Made by a program: the position numbers and the translations under genes. This document shows positions 26,337 through 36,678 of a stretch of 64,000 bases of DNA, piece after piece. Source of the stretch: Candidatus Zixiibacteriota bacterium (lineage in GTDB: Bacteria; Zixibacteria; MSB-5A5; GN15; FEB-12); NCBI GenBank assembly GCA_024276275.1, contig JAJRXM010000039.1, positions 5,271 to 69,270 on the forward strand, written 5' to 3'. Below the pieces are notes generated by a model. It did not search any database. It saw only the letters and a list, made by a program, of their open reading frames with translations, and was not told the DNA's origin. Every line of letters begins with the position of its first letter. Positions within the stretch are counted from its first letter, which is position 1.

Positions 26337-27397
26337 TGAGAATCTATAAACCTGTCATACCTATTATAATATCATTTGTGTTTCTATTGCTGCTTACCGC
26401 TGATAGTTTTGCAGAAATTGATTCGACCGCCCAAAGTGAAAAACTTGCGGGAGTCGAAATACAAACCTCTATAAATAAGGCAGAGATTTATATCGGCGAC
26501 TTGGTGGAATACAAACTCACTATAATATATGATTCTACTATTGAACTAATACCGCCACCACTAGGTGCAAACCTTGGGGCTTTTGATGTCAAAGATTACC
26601 AACCTGATATTGAGACAAAACTTGATGACGGACGAATCCAAAGTGAGAACAAATTTATTCTTTCAACTTTTACAACAGGCGATTATGTTATTCCCTCAAT
26701 TCCGATTCTTTTTACATTGCCTGACGGTACACAAAAAGTCATGTATTCCGAATCGGTTCCTATTAAAGTAGTTTCACTTCTTTTTGACACCGATGATGAT
26801 CAGGAAATTGCACCGTTAAAACCGCAATATGAATTCAAACGAGACTATACTTGGTATTACATTATAGGTTCAATTTTATTAATACTTCTATTGCTTGCCG
26901 GAATAATTATTCGCAGACGTATGTTAAAATCAAAAGATGATTCCGAACCTGTTGATTTACGTCCGGCATGGGAAATCGCATTTGAAAAGCTGGCATTTTT
27001 AAAACAGAACAATTATCTGCAAAATTCTGAATTTAAATCATACTATATTGAATTAACCGACATAGTAAGACTCTTTCATGAAAAAATGTATAAACAAAAC
27101 TTCAGAGACATGACGACTGAGGAGTTTCTTGCGGCATTCCAAGAATTAGAACTACCTGAATCTCTCTATGAAAATACTAAGAAATTCTTACAACATGCTG
27201 ACTTAGTAAAATTTGCTAAATACATTCCGGAAATAGAACGCTCAAAATCAGACTACGAGTTAATTCATCAGATGATTGAACAAGTGCGTGTAGACACACT
27301 TAAAAAAGAAGAAGAGATCCGCTTAATTGAAGCTCAGAAAGAAAAAAATAAAACTGAGACTGTAGTTGCGAGTAAAGCAGATGAGGTGAAATCATGA
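26333..27397 (+). CDS. BatD/DUF4381-like membrane protein (third upstream gene of the Bat locus)
   Basis: 354 aa. It has a signal peptide, an Ig-like N-terminal region, one TM helix (YYIIGSILLILLLLAGIIIRRR), and a C-terminal region ending LVKFAKYIP, as in BatD-type proteins. Confidence 0.55.
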   Translation: MMRIYKPVIPIIISFVFLLLLTADSFAEIDSTAQSEKLAGVEIQTSINKAEIYIGDLVEYKLTIIYDSTIELIPPPLGANLGAFDVKDYQPDIETKLDDGRIQSENKFILSTFTTGDYVIPSIPILFTLPDGTQKVMYSESVPIKVVSLLFDTDDDQEIAPLKPQYEFKRDYTWYYIIGSILLILLLLAGIIIRRRMLKSKDDSEPVDLRPAWEIAFEKLAFLKQNNYLQNSEFKSYYIELTDIVRLFHEKMYKQNFRDMTTEEFLAAFQELELPESLYENTKKFLQHADLVKFAKYIPEIERSKSDYELIHQMIEQVRVDTLKKEEEIRLIEAQKEKNKTETVVASKADEVKS

Positions 27398-28437
27398 CCT
27401 TTGAATTTTCGGGTTTATCTCTTAATTTGTTTGACCTGGTAGAAGGAACTGTCCCACCGTTGATAATCTTTCTTATCGGTGCCTTGGTTATCAGTTTTAT
27501 GTTGTTTTATCAAGTGTGGAAACGAAACAAAAAAACATCTGCAATAAAATACTCTGATATCCGTCTGGTAAAAAGAGCTTCTCGTTCTAAAAAACAAAAA
27601 TTTCGGTTTGTACTTACATTACTAAGAGTATTGGCTATTGCTTTTTTCTTTATAGCATTTGCCCGACCACGCTCCGGAACAGAGTATAAAGAGACGACCT
27701 CAGAGGGTGTAGATATAATTTTGGCAATTGATGTTTCATCGTCTATGCAGGCAGAAGATTTTAAACCGAATAACCGTCTGTATGTAGCAAAAGAAGAGAT
27801 GAAAAAATTTGTCAGCCATCGTCTTAATGACAGAATTGGGTTGGTAGTCTTTGCCAGATATTCATTTACCCAATGTCCTTTGACAACAGATTATTCAGTT
27901 CTGCTTAATTTTATAGACATGGTTGATTTTGGATTAGTAGAAGACGGTACCGCTATCGGAATGGCTTTGGCGAATTCGGTAAACCGTTTAAGAGAGTCAA
28001 CCGCTAAATCAAAAGTAATAATTCTTTTAACGGATGGTGATAATAATGCCGGGGAAATTGACCCTATCACAGCTGCGACGATAGCTGAGGCTATGGGAGT
28101 AAAAGTCTATACAATCGGTGCCGGGAAATCCGGAAATGCGATGTATCCGTATCAGGACAAACTGTTCGGAAAACGGTATGTATACCAACCGACAACTATT
28201 GATGAGCCGACTCTTAAAGCTATTGCCGAAAAGACAGGCGGTAAATATTTTAGAGCAAAATCAGGCGAAGAGCTGCAAGAAATTTATACCTTAATTGATA
28301 AACTTGAAAAAACAGAAGTGAAAACATCATCTCATGTCGAATATGTAGAACTATTTCAGTTTTTTCTCTACATAGGGTTATTTCTTTTAGCACTTGAGAT
28401 GCTCTTAGCTCACACGATATTAAGAAAACTTCCGTAA
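27394..28437 (+). CDS. batA: vWA-domain membrane protein BatA
   Basis: 347 aa with N- and C-terminal TM helices, the MIDAS motif DVSSSM and LLTDGDNNAG. It sits at the canonical locus position. Confidence 0.85.
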   Translation: MTFEFSGLSLNLFDLVEGTVPPLIIFLIGALVISFMLFYQVWKRNKKTSAIKYSDIRLVKRASRSKKQKFRFVLTLLRVLAIAFFFIAFARPRSGTEYKETTSEGVDIILAIDVSSSMQAEDFKPNNRLYVAKEEMKKFVSHRLNDRIGLVVFARYSFTQCPLTTDYSVLLNFIDMVDFGLVEDGTAIGMALANSVNRLRESTAKSKVIILLTDGDNNAGEIDPITAATIAEAMGVKVYTIGAGKSGNAMYPYQDKLFGKRYVYQPTTIDEPTLKAIAEKTGGKYFRAKSGEELQEIYTLIDKLEKTEVKTSSHVEYVELFQFFLYIGLFLLALEMLLAHTILRKLP

Positions 28438-28448
28438 GGGGACTAAAG

Positions 28449-29447
28449 ATGAGATTTGCTGAACCTTTACATTTTATGCTTTTAATACTAGTTGCGTTAC
28501 TGGCTATTTTTGCTTTTTGGGCATTAGCACGTAAGAAGAAACTCTTAGCCCTGTTTGCAGATATACCGTTGATAATGAAAAATGCACCGTATATATCTTT
28601 TGCTCGCCAACGAACAAAAGTTATTTTAGTGCTTATCGGTATGGTATTAATAGTTCTTGCCCTGGCACGATTGCAGTTTGGAACTCATTTAGAAAAAATC
28701 AAACGCGAAGGTCTTGATATTATTGTAGCTCTTGATATTTCCACCTCTATGCTGGCTCAGGATATTAAACCAAACAGGCTAGCCAAAGCAAAACAGGAAG
28801 TACTCGGAATTATTGAACGACTCAAAGGTGATCGCTTTGGCTTAGTTGTATTTGCAGGTGAGGCTTTCCCTCAATGTCCACTTACGTTAGACTATGCTTC
28901 AGCACGGTTGCTGCTAAACGCTATGACTACTTCTTCTGTTACAGTACAGGGAACCTCAATCGCTCAGGCATTGGAGGTTGCTACCCGGATGTATGACCAG
29001 GAAACTAAAAAACATAAAATCCTGCTTTTACTTACCGATGGAGAAGACCATAGTGAAGCTGTCGAAAAAACCGCAACTTTAGCACGTCAACAAGGTATAA
29101 AAATATATACTGTGGGAATCGGTAACCCGAATGGGGAACCTATTCCTCTGTTTGACCGTAATAATATGCAGATAGGCTATAAAAAAGATAAAAACGGCGA
29201 AGTAGTCGTTTCGAAGTTAAATGATGAGATTTTAAAGAAAATTTCTCGGGCTACCGGAGGTAAATATTTCCCGGCTACCGCAGGAGAATTAGAACTGGAT
29301 GTTATTTTTGATGAAATTTCTGATGATGAAAAAAAGGAATTGGAAGGCACGTTAATTACTCGATATGATGACCGTTTCCAATGGCCGTTACTGTTTGCAC
29401 TCTTTTTAATTGTTGGTGAATTTTTCCTTTCTGAAAGGAAAAAATAA
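28449..29447 (+). CDS. batB: vWA-domain membrane protein BatB
   Basis: 332 aa with the MIDAS motif DISTSM, LLTDGEDH and flanking TM helices. Confidence 0.85.
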   Translation: MRFAEPLHFMLLILVALLAIFAFWALARKKKLLALFADIPLIMKNAPYISFARQRTKVILVLIGMVLIVLALARLQFGTHLEKIKREGLDIIVALDISTSMLAQDIKPNRLAKAKQEVLGIIERLKGDRFGLVVFAGEAFPQCPLTLDYASARLLLNAMTTSSVTVQGTSIAQALEVATRMYDQETKKHKILLLLTDGEDHSEAVEKTATLARQQGIKIYTVGIGNPNGEPIPLFDRNNMQIGYKKDKNGEVVVSKLNDEILKKISRATGGKYFPATAGELELDVIFDEISDDEKKELEGTLITRYDDRFQWPLLFALFLIVGEFFLSERKK

Positions 29448-29461
29448 GGATATATTTTTGT

Positions 29462-30283
29462 ATGCGTAAACTGACCTTAACAATATTGTTCTTATTTTTG
29501 TCAGTATCAATTGTATCAGCAGATGATTATATTGATATGGTCAAAAAAGGGAATAAAGCTTTTGCTGAAAAGAAATACAGCGAAGCATTAGATTTCTATC
29601 GCTCGGCCGAACCGGAACTACCGGGTTCAGCAGAAATTGAGTACAACCTTGGCGGAGCTTTATATCAAAAAGGAAATTTCCCAGAAGCTGTTGAACGATA
29701 TAAAAAAGCTTTGAATACAACAGATCTGAATTTAGAAGGCCAAGCTCACTATAATTTGGGAAATACATACTTTAAAATGGAAGACTATCAAAATGCGATT
29801 ACATCGTATCAAGATTACTTAATGATAAACCCCGAAGATTTAGATGCGAAGAAAAACCTGGAACTTGCTCGCAAAATGCTTAAAGAACAGATGAAAAATC
29901 AAGAGGGTGAGCAAGGGGAACAGGATAAAAATCAGGAAAAGCAAGACCAAGAAAAAGATCAACAGCAACAAGACGGTCAAGACCAACAGGGCGATGAAAA
30001 TCAAAAACAGGATCAGCAAGGCGAACAGGACGATCAAAAGCAGGATGAGCAGCAAGGCGATAAAAAAGACGGTGAAGACGGAAAGTCTGAAGCTGAAAAA
30101 CAAAAAGAAAAAGAGCAAAAAGCTGCTGAAGAAAGAAAAAAACAAGAACTTGCGGGTAAGGTAATGTCGAAAGAAGATGCCGAAAGAATTTTAAACAGTA
30201 TTAAAAATGATGAAGAAAAACAACAGAAGAAATTAAGAAAAAAAGTTTATAATCAAAAAGAATATTATGGAAATGATTGGTAA
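29462..30283 (+). CDS. batC: TPR protein BatC with a Q/D/E/K-rich low-complexity tail
   Basis: 273 aa with a signal peptide and TPR repeats (YNLGGALYQKGNFPEAVERYKKAL, YNLGNTYFKMEDYQNAITSY). These are followed by a QEGEQGEQDKNQEKQDQEKDQQQQDGQDQQ... tract. Confidence 0.8.
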   Translation: MRKLTLTILFLFLSVSIVSADDYIDMVKKGNKAFAEKKYSEALDFYRSAEPELPGSAEIEYNLGGALYQKGNFPEAVERYKKALNTTDLNLEGQAHYNLGNTYFKMEDYQNAITSYQDYLMINPEDLDAKKNLELARKMLKEQMKNQEGEQGEQDKNQEKQDQEKDQQQQDGQDQQGDENQKQDQQGEQDDQKQDEQQGDKKDGEDGKSEAEKQKEKEQKAAEERKKQELAGKVMSKEDAERILNSIKNDEEKQQKKLRKKVYNQKEYYGNDW

Positions 30284-30287
30284 AACA

Positions 30288-32096
30288 ATGCGTAAGATTT
30301 TCTTGTTACTCATACTTATGCTGTCACTTTGTGTTACTCCGCAAGTTTTTGCGGCTAAAAGTGAATTAGATATTGTCGTCTCGTTGGATAGAGATACAAT
30401 CGGTATGGACGAACAAGCTGTTTTACAAATTGTTGTATTAGGTGAAAGCCAAAACCTTCCAACTCCGAATATTCCGACTTTCTCTATGTTTGATATTTAA
30501 ACCCGTGGTAGATCCTCTAATTTTTCATACAATAACGGTGTAGTAGAAACCTCGATGACATATCATTATTTACTGATTCCAAAACGTCCGGGTACTTTTC
30601 CGATTGACCAGATTTCAGCAGTCTATAATAATAAACGATATAAAGGTAATCGCTTGGAACTTACCGTTCTAAAGGACGGTTCAACTGTATCGGATAAACT
30701 TTCTAAGCGTGCGGTCAATGTAACGGGAAAAACGAAAGATTACTTTTTAGAGGCTATCGTTGATAACAAAACACCTTATGTGAACGAACAGATTACCCTG
30801 ACTCTCAAATTTTATATCGCTTCTCGGTATTACGGTTCACCTGAGTTAACAGAGCCGACTACAACCGGTTTCTGGAAAGAAATCATCGGTAATAAAACAC
30901 CGTATAATCAAAAAATTAATGACCGTCAATACAAAATTATAGAACGCAAGTATGCACTCTTTCCAACCCAAACAGGCGAATTGGAAATTGGACGTGCAAT
31001 GATTCGGGTTACTGTTCCGTCCAAAAGACAATCTCGTCGAGGAAATAATTTCTTTGGTGGCTTGTTTGGTAATGGTGAAGAAGTATCGATTAGAAGTAAC
31101 ATAGTAAAAGTAAAAGTAAAGCCGCTTCCTACTAAGGGAAAGCCTGATGATTTTACCGGAACTATAGGGAAATTTTCAATCCATGCCTCTGCTAATAAAA
31201 AAGTAGTGGAAGCTAACCAACCGGTTTCTGTTTCTATCAAAATTTCCGGACGTGGAAATATCAAATCAATAGCAGAACCGAAGATGCCTGAACTTGACGA
31301 TCAATTTAGAATTTACAGAGCATCAACATCTGAAAATATCTCCAAATCAGGCAGTATTCTAGGCGGTACTAAATTATTTGAGGAAGTATTTATCCCAAAA
31401 CGACCGGGTGATATAGAGATTCCTCCTATAAAGTATAACTATTTTGACCCATCCCAAAAACAATACAAATATATTTCAACGAAGGCGATTAAATTAAAAG
31501 TTATAAAGCCCGAGGGTTATACCGCATCGGGCGATATTCCATTCCCTGCTCCTGATTTTAAAATTAGCTCAAATGCAAGAGATATTCGATATATAAAAGA
31601 TGACATAGGTGATACACAACCGGTCAATCAACTTATTCTTGCAAGCCCAATCTATATTATTGTGAATGCGATACCTTTGTTTATTTTCGCGGGTATGATA
31701 GCTGTGCGAGTCCGCAGAGAAAAATTTGCCTCCGATGTCGGACTTGCTCGTTCTAGAGCAGCCTTAAAGGAAGCAAAGAGAAGACTTACAAAAGCGAAGT
31801 CAATAGCTCATACAGATTCCGTATCAGAATTTTATGTCGAGGTTTATACAGCTGTAACCTCTTTTATTGCTGACAAAATGAATATATCACCTCACGGTTT
31901 AACGATTGAACGTATCAAATCTTTGCTAGCTGACAATAATGCTGATACCGGACTTATCACACAAATTGAGGAACTTCTCAAACATTCAGATTTTGCGAGA
32001 TATGCCTCGTCATCAATGACGCAAGATGATATAAATTCTGACTTAGAAAAAGCCCATAACATTATGGTCGCAATGTCGGAGGTGTCGTTTGAATAA
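30288..32096 (+). pseudogene. batD: BatD protein interrupted by a single in-frame TAA
   Basis: The ATG at 30288 lies 5 nt after the batC stop. The TAA at 30498-30500 is followed, in the same frame, by TRGRSSNFSYNNGVVETSMTYHYLLIPKRPGTFPI. This continues the conserved BatD N-terminal domain without a gap. The rest of the protein (TM helix, C-terminal helical region) is intact. Confidence 0.75.
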
Positions 32097-32838
32097 GCTG
32101 ACTGTTTTTATACTCATAAGTTTATTATCTATTACAGCAACTGTTACTGCCGATACATCTTTATTTACTGAAGCAAACAAACAGTATGAACAAAAAGATT
32201 ATTCGAAAGCTATTGAGCTTTATACTGAAATACTCAATACCAATATCGAATCAGCTCCTTTATATTTTAATCTAGGGAATGCCTATTTTAAAAACGGTGA
32301 TTTGGGTCATGCTATTTTATTTTATATGAAAGCGAAAAGATTGGCTCCCGATGACCAAGCTATTCGTCATAATCTTGAATTTGCTCAACGGTTCTCTTCA
32401 GTACAAATGGAGGGTGTTGAGTTGAACCCTGTTACATCGTTTCTGGCATCATTGGTTGATACCTATAATTTAACTTTTTTAGCATGGGGTTCGTCAATTA
32501 TTTTTATTCTATTTATCATTACCCTTATTCTAAGACTGGGAATGGGTTATAACAACGCGATGCTTAGAGCCGGAGTAGTCATTTTGCTTTTATTGCTTAT
32601 GATAACTTCGGGACTCACGACTTTTAAATATCGGTATGAATACCTTACCAAACGAGCAGTTATTATAGCTGAAAATGCAAAAGTATTTACCGGTGCCTCA
32701 GAACAATCAGATATTGAACTTGAGGGAGCTCCGGGACTTATTGTCGAAATTCTCTCTGAATCAGCAGACTTTTATAATGTCCTTTTCGAGAATAAACGCA
32801 GAGGATGGATAAAAAAAGGCTTAATTGCTGAATTCTAA
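32089..32838 (+). CDS. batE: TPR plus SH3b protein BatE
   Basis: 249 aa with a TTG start after GGAGGTG. It has TPR repeats (YFNLGNAYFKNGDLGHAILFYMKA), two TM helices and a C-terminal SH3b-like segment (FYNVLFENKRRGWIKKGLI). Confidence 0.75.
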   Translation: MNKLTVFILISLLSITATVTADTSLFTEANKQYEQKDYSKAIELYTEILNTNIESAPLYFNLGNAYFKNGDLGHAILFYMKAKRLAPDDQAIRHNLEFAQRFSSVQMEGVELNPVTSFLASLVDTYNLTFLAWGSSIIFILFIITLILRLGMGYNNAMLRAGVVILLLLLMITSGLTTFKYRYEYLTKRAVIIAENAKVFTGASEQSDIELEGAPGLIVEILSESADFYNVLFENKRRGWIKKGLIAEF

Positions 32839-32933
32839 CAAGTTACGGTTAATTCTAATTCACTTTATTTGATTGACTATGCTGACTCAAACATCTATTT
32901 TATTCAGCATAACCTGAAATATATAGGTGTGAT

Positions 32934-34004
32934 TTGGCTTTTTTTAAGAAAAAACAATTCTGGGGCAGTTTGATTGCTGTCGCCTTACTTTTTTACTGTG
33001 TAAAAGATATCAAAATTGAAGATATGAAATCTCTTTCTGAGAGAATTAATTATTTCTATCTTATTTTAGCTTCTATATGTTCATTTTCATTTATCCTTAC
33101 AAAAGGCTACAGATGGAAACTGATGGTCTCTCAACAAAAATCAATGAAAGCATGGCGGGCGTTAACGTTATATTCTGCGGGACAGATTTTAAATATTATA
33201 ATGCCGATGCTGACCGGACAAGTTGGTCGCATGTTTCTTTTTTCAAAAAACGAGGGACTTAAAAAATCTTTTATTTTCTCTACTATTGTTTTAGAAATAC
33301 TTTTTGATTCTCTTAGCCTTATTCTGTTTTTACTGCTGACATCTATAGCCTTTGCTTTTCCTGAAAAATATAGGTTTGTTAGTTATATTATTGCTTCAAT
33401 AACTTTTGTTTTGATAGTTATTTTGTATATGATATTGCTTTTTCAGGGAAATCTTGAAAACAAAATGCAGTCTAAACTCAAACCGAGATGGCCGAGTTTT
33501 TATATCGGTTTAAAAAAGTTTATTCGTTCCTTTGTAAAAGGAATAAACCTGCTCAAATCAAGCCAGCATTTTTTTGGTTCACTCGGATATTCGGTTGCAT
33601 CATGGGTATCTCATACATTGGTTGTATATTTTCTTTTAAAATCATTCGGTTTTGAACTGCCCTTTGCTGCGGCAGCATCTATAATGATTCTAAGTACCCT
33701 GGCCCTGATGATTCCGATTACTCCGGGTAATGCCGGTACCTTTGAGGTCGCAGTATCAAGTTCTTTAATCGCATTTTCTGTTGGGTTTGTCGGTGATGTC
33801 GGATATGTCGGGCGGTCTGATGCTGTTTTATTTGCTTTAGTTTTACATGTTATTGATATTATTCCGATAGGTATATTAGGGTATAGTTATCTGCACATGG
33901 AAAAAGTATCTATACGTGAAATCAAAGCGGAACATGAAGATGAAAATATGTTTGATAAAGTTTCAGAAGACGGGTCATTAGTCGAAAACGAGGTCCGAAA
34001 ATGA
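32934..34004 (+). CDS. flippase-like polytopic membrane protein (lysyl-PG synthase TM-region / UPF0104 family)
   Basis: 356 aa with a TTG start. It has about 8 TM helices and the motifs KGYRWKLM and PITPGNAGTFE typical of the family. Confidence 0.6.
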   Translation: MAFFKKKQFWGSLIAVALLFYCVKDIKIEDMKSLSERINYFYLILASICSFSFILTKGYRWKLMVSQQKSMKAWRALTLYSAGQILNIIMPMLTGQVGRMFLFSKNEGLKKSFIFSTIVLEILFDSLSLILFLLLTSIAFAFPEKYRFVSYIIASITFVLIVILYMILLFQGNLENKMQSKLKPRWPSFYIGLKKFIRSFVKGINLLKSSQHFFGSLGYSVASWVSHTLVVYFLLKSFGFELPFAAAASIMILSTLALMIPITPGNAGTFEVAVSSSLIAFSVGFVGDVGYVGRSDAVLFALVLHVIDIIPIGILGYSYLHMEKVSIREIKAEHEDENMFDKVSEDGSLVENEVRK

Positions 34005-34969
34005 TTAAATCTTTTCATTATATTCCTGATGAAGGAGTAAAAATAATCGACGGTATAGCTGATTTTGATAAATTAGCAGCAGTAGAAAATTCGCTCCTAT
34101 GGGTTGATCTTTGTAAACCTACCGATCAGGAATCATTTATCTTAACTCACGACTTTAAATTTCACCCTCTTGCGATTGAAGATGTAATCTCGGAAAAACC
34201 CCGTACGAAAATTGATGATTATACAAAATATATTTTTATGGTTTTTCAAATTGTTGATTATATAGGGAAAGAGGAAGGACTCAAAATTGGCGAGATAGAT
34301 TTATTCCTCTCAAAAAATACTCTGGTAACAGTGCATTACGACGAACATAGAATTTTTGATTATTTATACCATAGGGCAGCTCGCGATGAACGTCTTATAG
34401 GTCGGGGTGCTGACTTTTTATTCCATGCTGTTATCGATACTATTGTTGATAATTATAATACTACTTTAGATATTTTAGAATACGATGTTGATCAGGTTGA
34501 AGATGATGTTTTGGGTGAGGCAGATGAAGATACTATCAAATCGATATTTACCCTTCGACGTGATATAGTTCATTTGAAACGGATTGTGCTTCCGCAAAGA
34601 GAGGCACTCAACCGTCTTTCTAAAGAACACTTTTCTTTAATCAGTAAAACAGCAGCAGTATATTTTTCAGATATTCATGACCATCTGGTTCGTATTAACG
34701 ATATTGCTGATTTCCATCGAGAAATATTGAATTCTTCTCTGGAGGTGTATTATTCATCGGTTTCTACAAAAACAAACGAAGTTATCAAATTTTTAACTAT
34801 TTTTACAGTTATTTTTATTCCACCTACATTTTTGGTCGGGTTATGGGGGATGAATTTTAAATATATGCCTGAACTTGACAGCGAATACGGTTATTTTGCC
34901 TCTTTAATTGTAATGTTTCTTATCAGTTTTGCCTTAATATTATTCTTCCGTAGGAAAAAGTGGATTTAA
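34001..34969 (+). CDS. corA: magnesium/cobalt transporter CorA
   Basis: 322 aa. It has a cytosolic funnel domain, then two C-terminal TM helices with the signature WGMNF. Confidence 0.9.
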   Translation: MIKSFHYIPDEGVKIIDGIADFDKLAAVENSLLWVDLCKPTDQESFILTHDFKFHPLAIEDVISEKPRTKIDDYTKYIFMVFQIVDYIGKEEGLKIGEIDLFLSKNTLVTVHYDEHRIFDYLYHRAARDERLIGRGADFLFHAVIDTIVDNYNTTLDILEYDVDQVEDDVLGEADEDTIKSIFTLRRDIVHLKRIVLPQREALNRLSKEHFSLISKTAAVYFSDIHDHLVRINDIADFHREILNSSLEVYYSSVSTKTNEVIKFLTIFTVIFIPPTFLVGLWGMNFKYMPELDSEYGYFASLIVMFLISFALILFFRRKKWI

Positions 34970-35025
34970 TTCTCTCCAGATTAATATTTATTGAAACATC
35001 TTGATATAAATACTGTTAGAGAAGT

Positions 35026-36678
35026 ATGAAAATTTTAGAACAAGAAAGTAATACGATGTCGACTATCATAAAGCCGAGTAAAACCTTAGGCTATTCAGAT
35101 ATTTATTTGGATTTTCTTAATAGAAAAGACGGGATAGATACCTTTTATCCGGCACCATCGATACAATCTGTCGCCGAACAACTTGGCAGTATAAATTATG
35201 ACCGAAATAATATCGCAGATATTTTGATTACTCAGAACAAAATGTTCGGTTCATCACAAAAGGTTTTTGATAATATCGAATTATTACGTAATAGCAATAC
35301 TCTTTGCGTGGCTACCGGTCAACAGGCATGTCTGTTTGGTGGGTCTTTATTGATAATCATTAAAGCCTTGGCTATTGTAAAATCAGCCAAACTTTATTCC
35401 TCACAATTACAGAGAGAGGTCATACCGATTTTTTGGATTGCGGGTGATGATCATGACTATGAAGAAGTAAACCATACTTTTACTTTGGACCGTGAATCTC
35501 AACTTGTAAAATCAACCTATGAAGATATCCCAAATGTTGAGCTACCTACCGCTGAATTACAATTTACTAATGAAGAAGCTCTAGGAAAAGCAAAAGCAAC
35601 TCTCAAAGAATCTCTCGGCGAAACTGATTTCACAAAAGAGCTGTATGATTTAATCGACCGATGCTATACAACATCTGACAACTATGCATCTGCTTTTGGT
35701 AAACTGATGGCACAACTGACCAAACAATATGGTCTCATTCTCTTTTCGCCCGGAGATATTAAAGTAAAAAAAATGAGCATAGATTTTTTTCAGTCTATAA
35801 TTGAAAAGCAAGATACGTTACATGAAATTCTATCAGCAACAAACAATCAACTGCATTCGCAGGGCTATCATATTCAGGTCGAGAAAAAAGAAAACTCTGC
35901 CCATCTGTTTTATAATCTGAACGGACGAAAACCTATATTACGGGATGGGGATAATTTTACGGTCGGTGAGAAATCTTTTACAAAAAAAGAATTACTGGAA
36001 GCTATTGCTGAGAACCCTGAAAAATTTTCACCCGATGTTATGACTCGTCCTATTTGGCAGTCTCTTCTTTTTCCTGTGTTAAGTCAAAAGGGAGGAGCTG
36101 CAGAAATAGCATATCTTGCTCAAATAAATAAAATCTTTGAAATGTTTGGTTTAGTTACTCCATTCTACAAAGCACGTCCAACTTTGACTGTTGTTGAAAA
36201 AAGATATCAAACTCTGATGGAAAAACATTCGATTCAATTTGAAGATTTAGTCGGTGATATTGAACTGCTGGTAAACAAAATCCTTGCTGAATCGTTTCCC
36301 GAAGGTATAGAACAGAAGTTTCAATCATTAAAAAATCATATCAAATGTCATTTTGAAGATTTCTCGGCTGAATCACTTACTTTTGATAAATCGCTTGAGG
36401 CTTTTTCTAAACAGATAATGGGAAAAATAGATTATTCCCTTAATTCATTTGAAGGTAAAATATTTTCAGCACATAAGAAAAAATCAAAAGAAAGCCGTGA
36501 AAGAATTTATCGCCTTTGGCATTCTCTCTACCCAAACAGAACTTTTCAAGAACGTATTTTGAATATATCCTATTTTATCTCAAGATATGGTTTTGAGTTT
36601 ATAACTTTTTTATATTCACAGATTGAATCAGAAGAGCCGAGTCATAAATTGATATACCTTTCTGAGATGGAGAAATAA
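35026..36678 (+). CDS. bshC: bacillithiol biosynthesis cysteine-adding enzyme BshC
   Basis: 550 aa. It has the motif VATGQQACLFGGSLLIIIKALAIVKSAK, and its length and colinearity match YllA/BshC. It lies directly upstream of bshA-bshB. Confidence 0.8.
   Translation: MKILEQESNTMSTIIKPSKTLGYSDIYLDFLNRKDGIDTFYPAPSIQSVAEQLGSINYDRNNIADILITQNKMFGSSQKVFDNIELLRNSNTLCVATGQQACLFGGSLLIIIKALAIVKSAKLYSSQLQREVIPIFWIAGDDHDYEEVNHTFTLDRESQLVKSTYEDIPNVELPTAELQFTNEEALGKAKATLKESLGETDFTKELYDLIDRCYTTSDNYASAFGKLMAQLTKQYGLILFSPGDIKVKKMSIDFFQSIIEKQDTLHEILSATNNQLHSQGYHIQVEKKENSAHLFYNLNGRKPILRDGDNFTVGEKSFTKKELLEAIAENPEKFSPDVMTRPIWQSLLFPVLSQKGGAAEIAYLAQINKIFEMFGLVTPFYKARPTLTVVEKRYQTLMEKHSIQFEDLVGDIELLVNKILAESFPEGIEQKFQSLKNHIKCHFEDFSAESLTFDKSLEAFSKQIMGKIDYSLNSFEGKIFSAHKKKSKESRERIYRLWHSLYPNRTFQERILNISYFISRYGFEFITFLYSQIESEEPSHKLIYLSEMEK

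Noticed and set aside
29840-30164. A 101-aa very hydrophobic minus-strand ORF and an 85-aa Lys-rich alternative-frame ORF inside batC.
   Set aside because: Both are mirror or alternate-frame readings of the GAA/CAA/AAA-rich low-complexity tract of BatC. They have no start context or independent signal.
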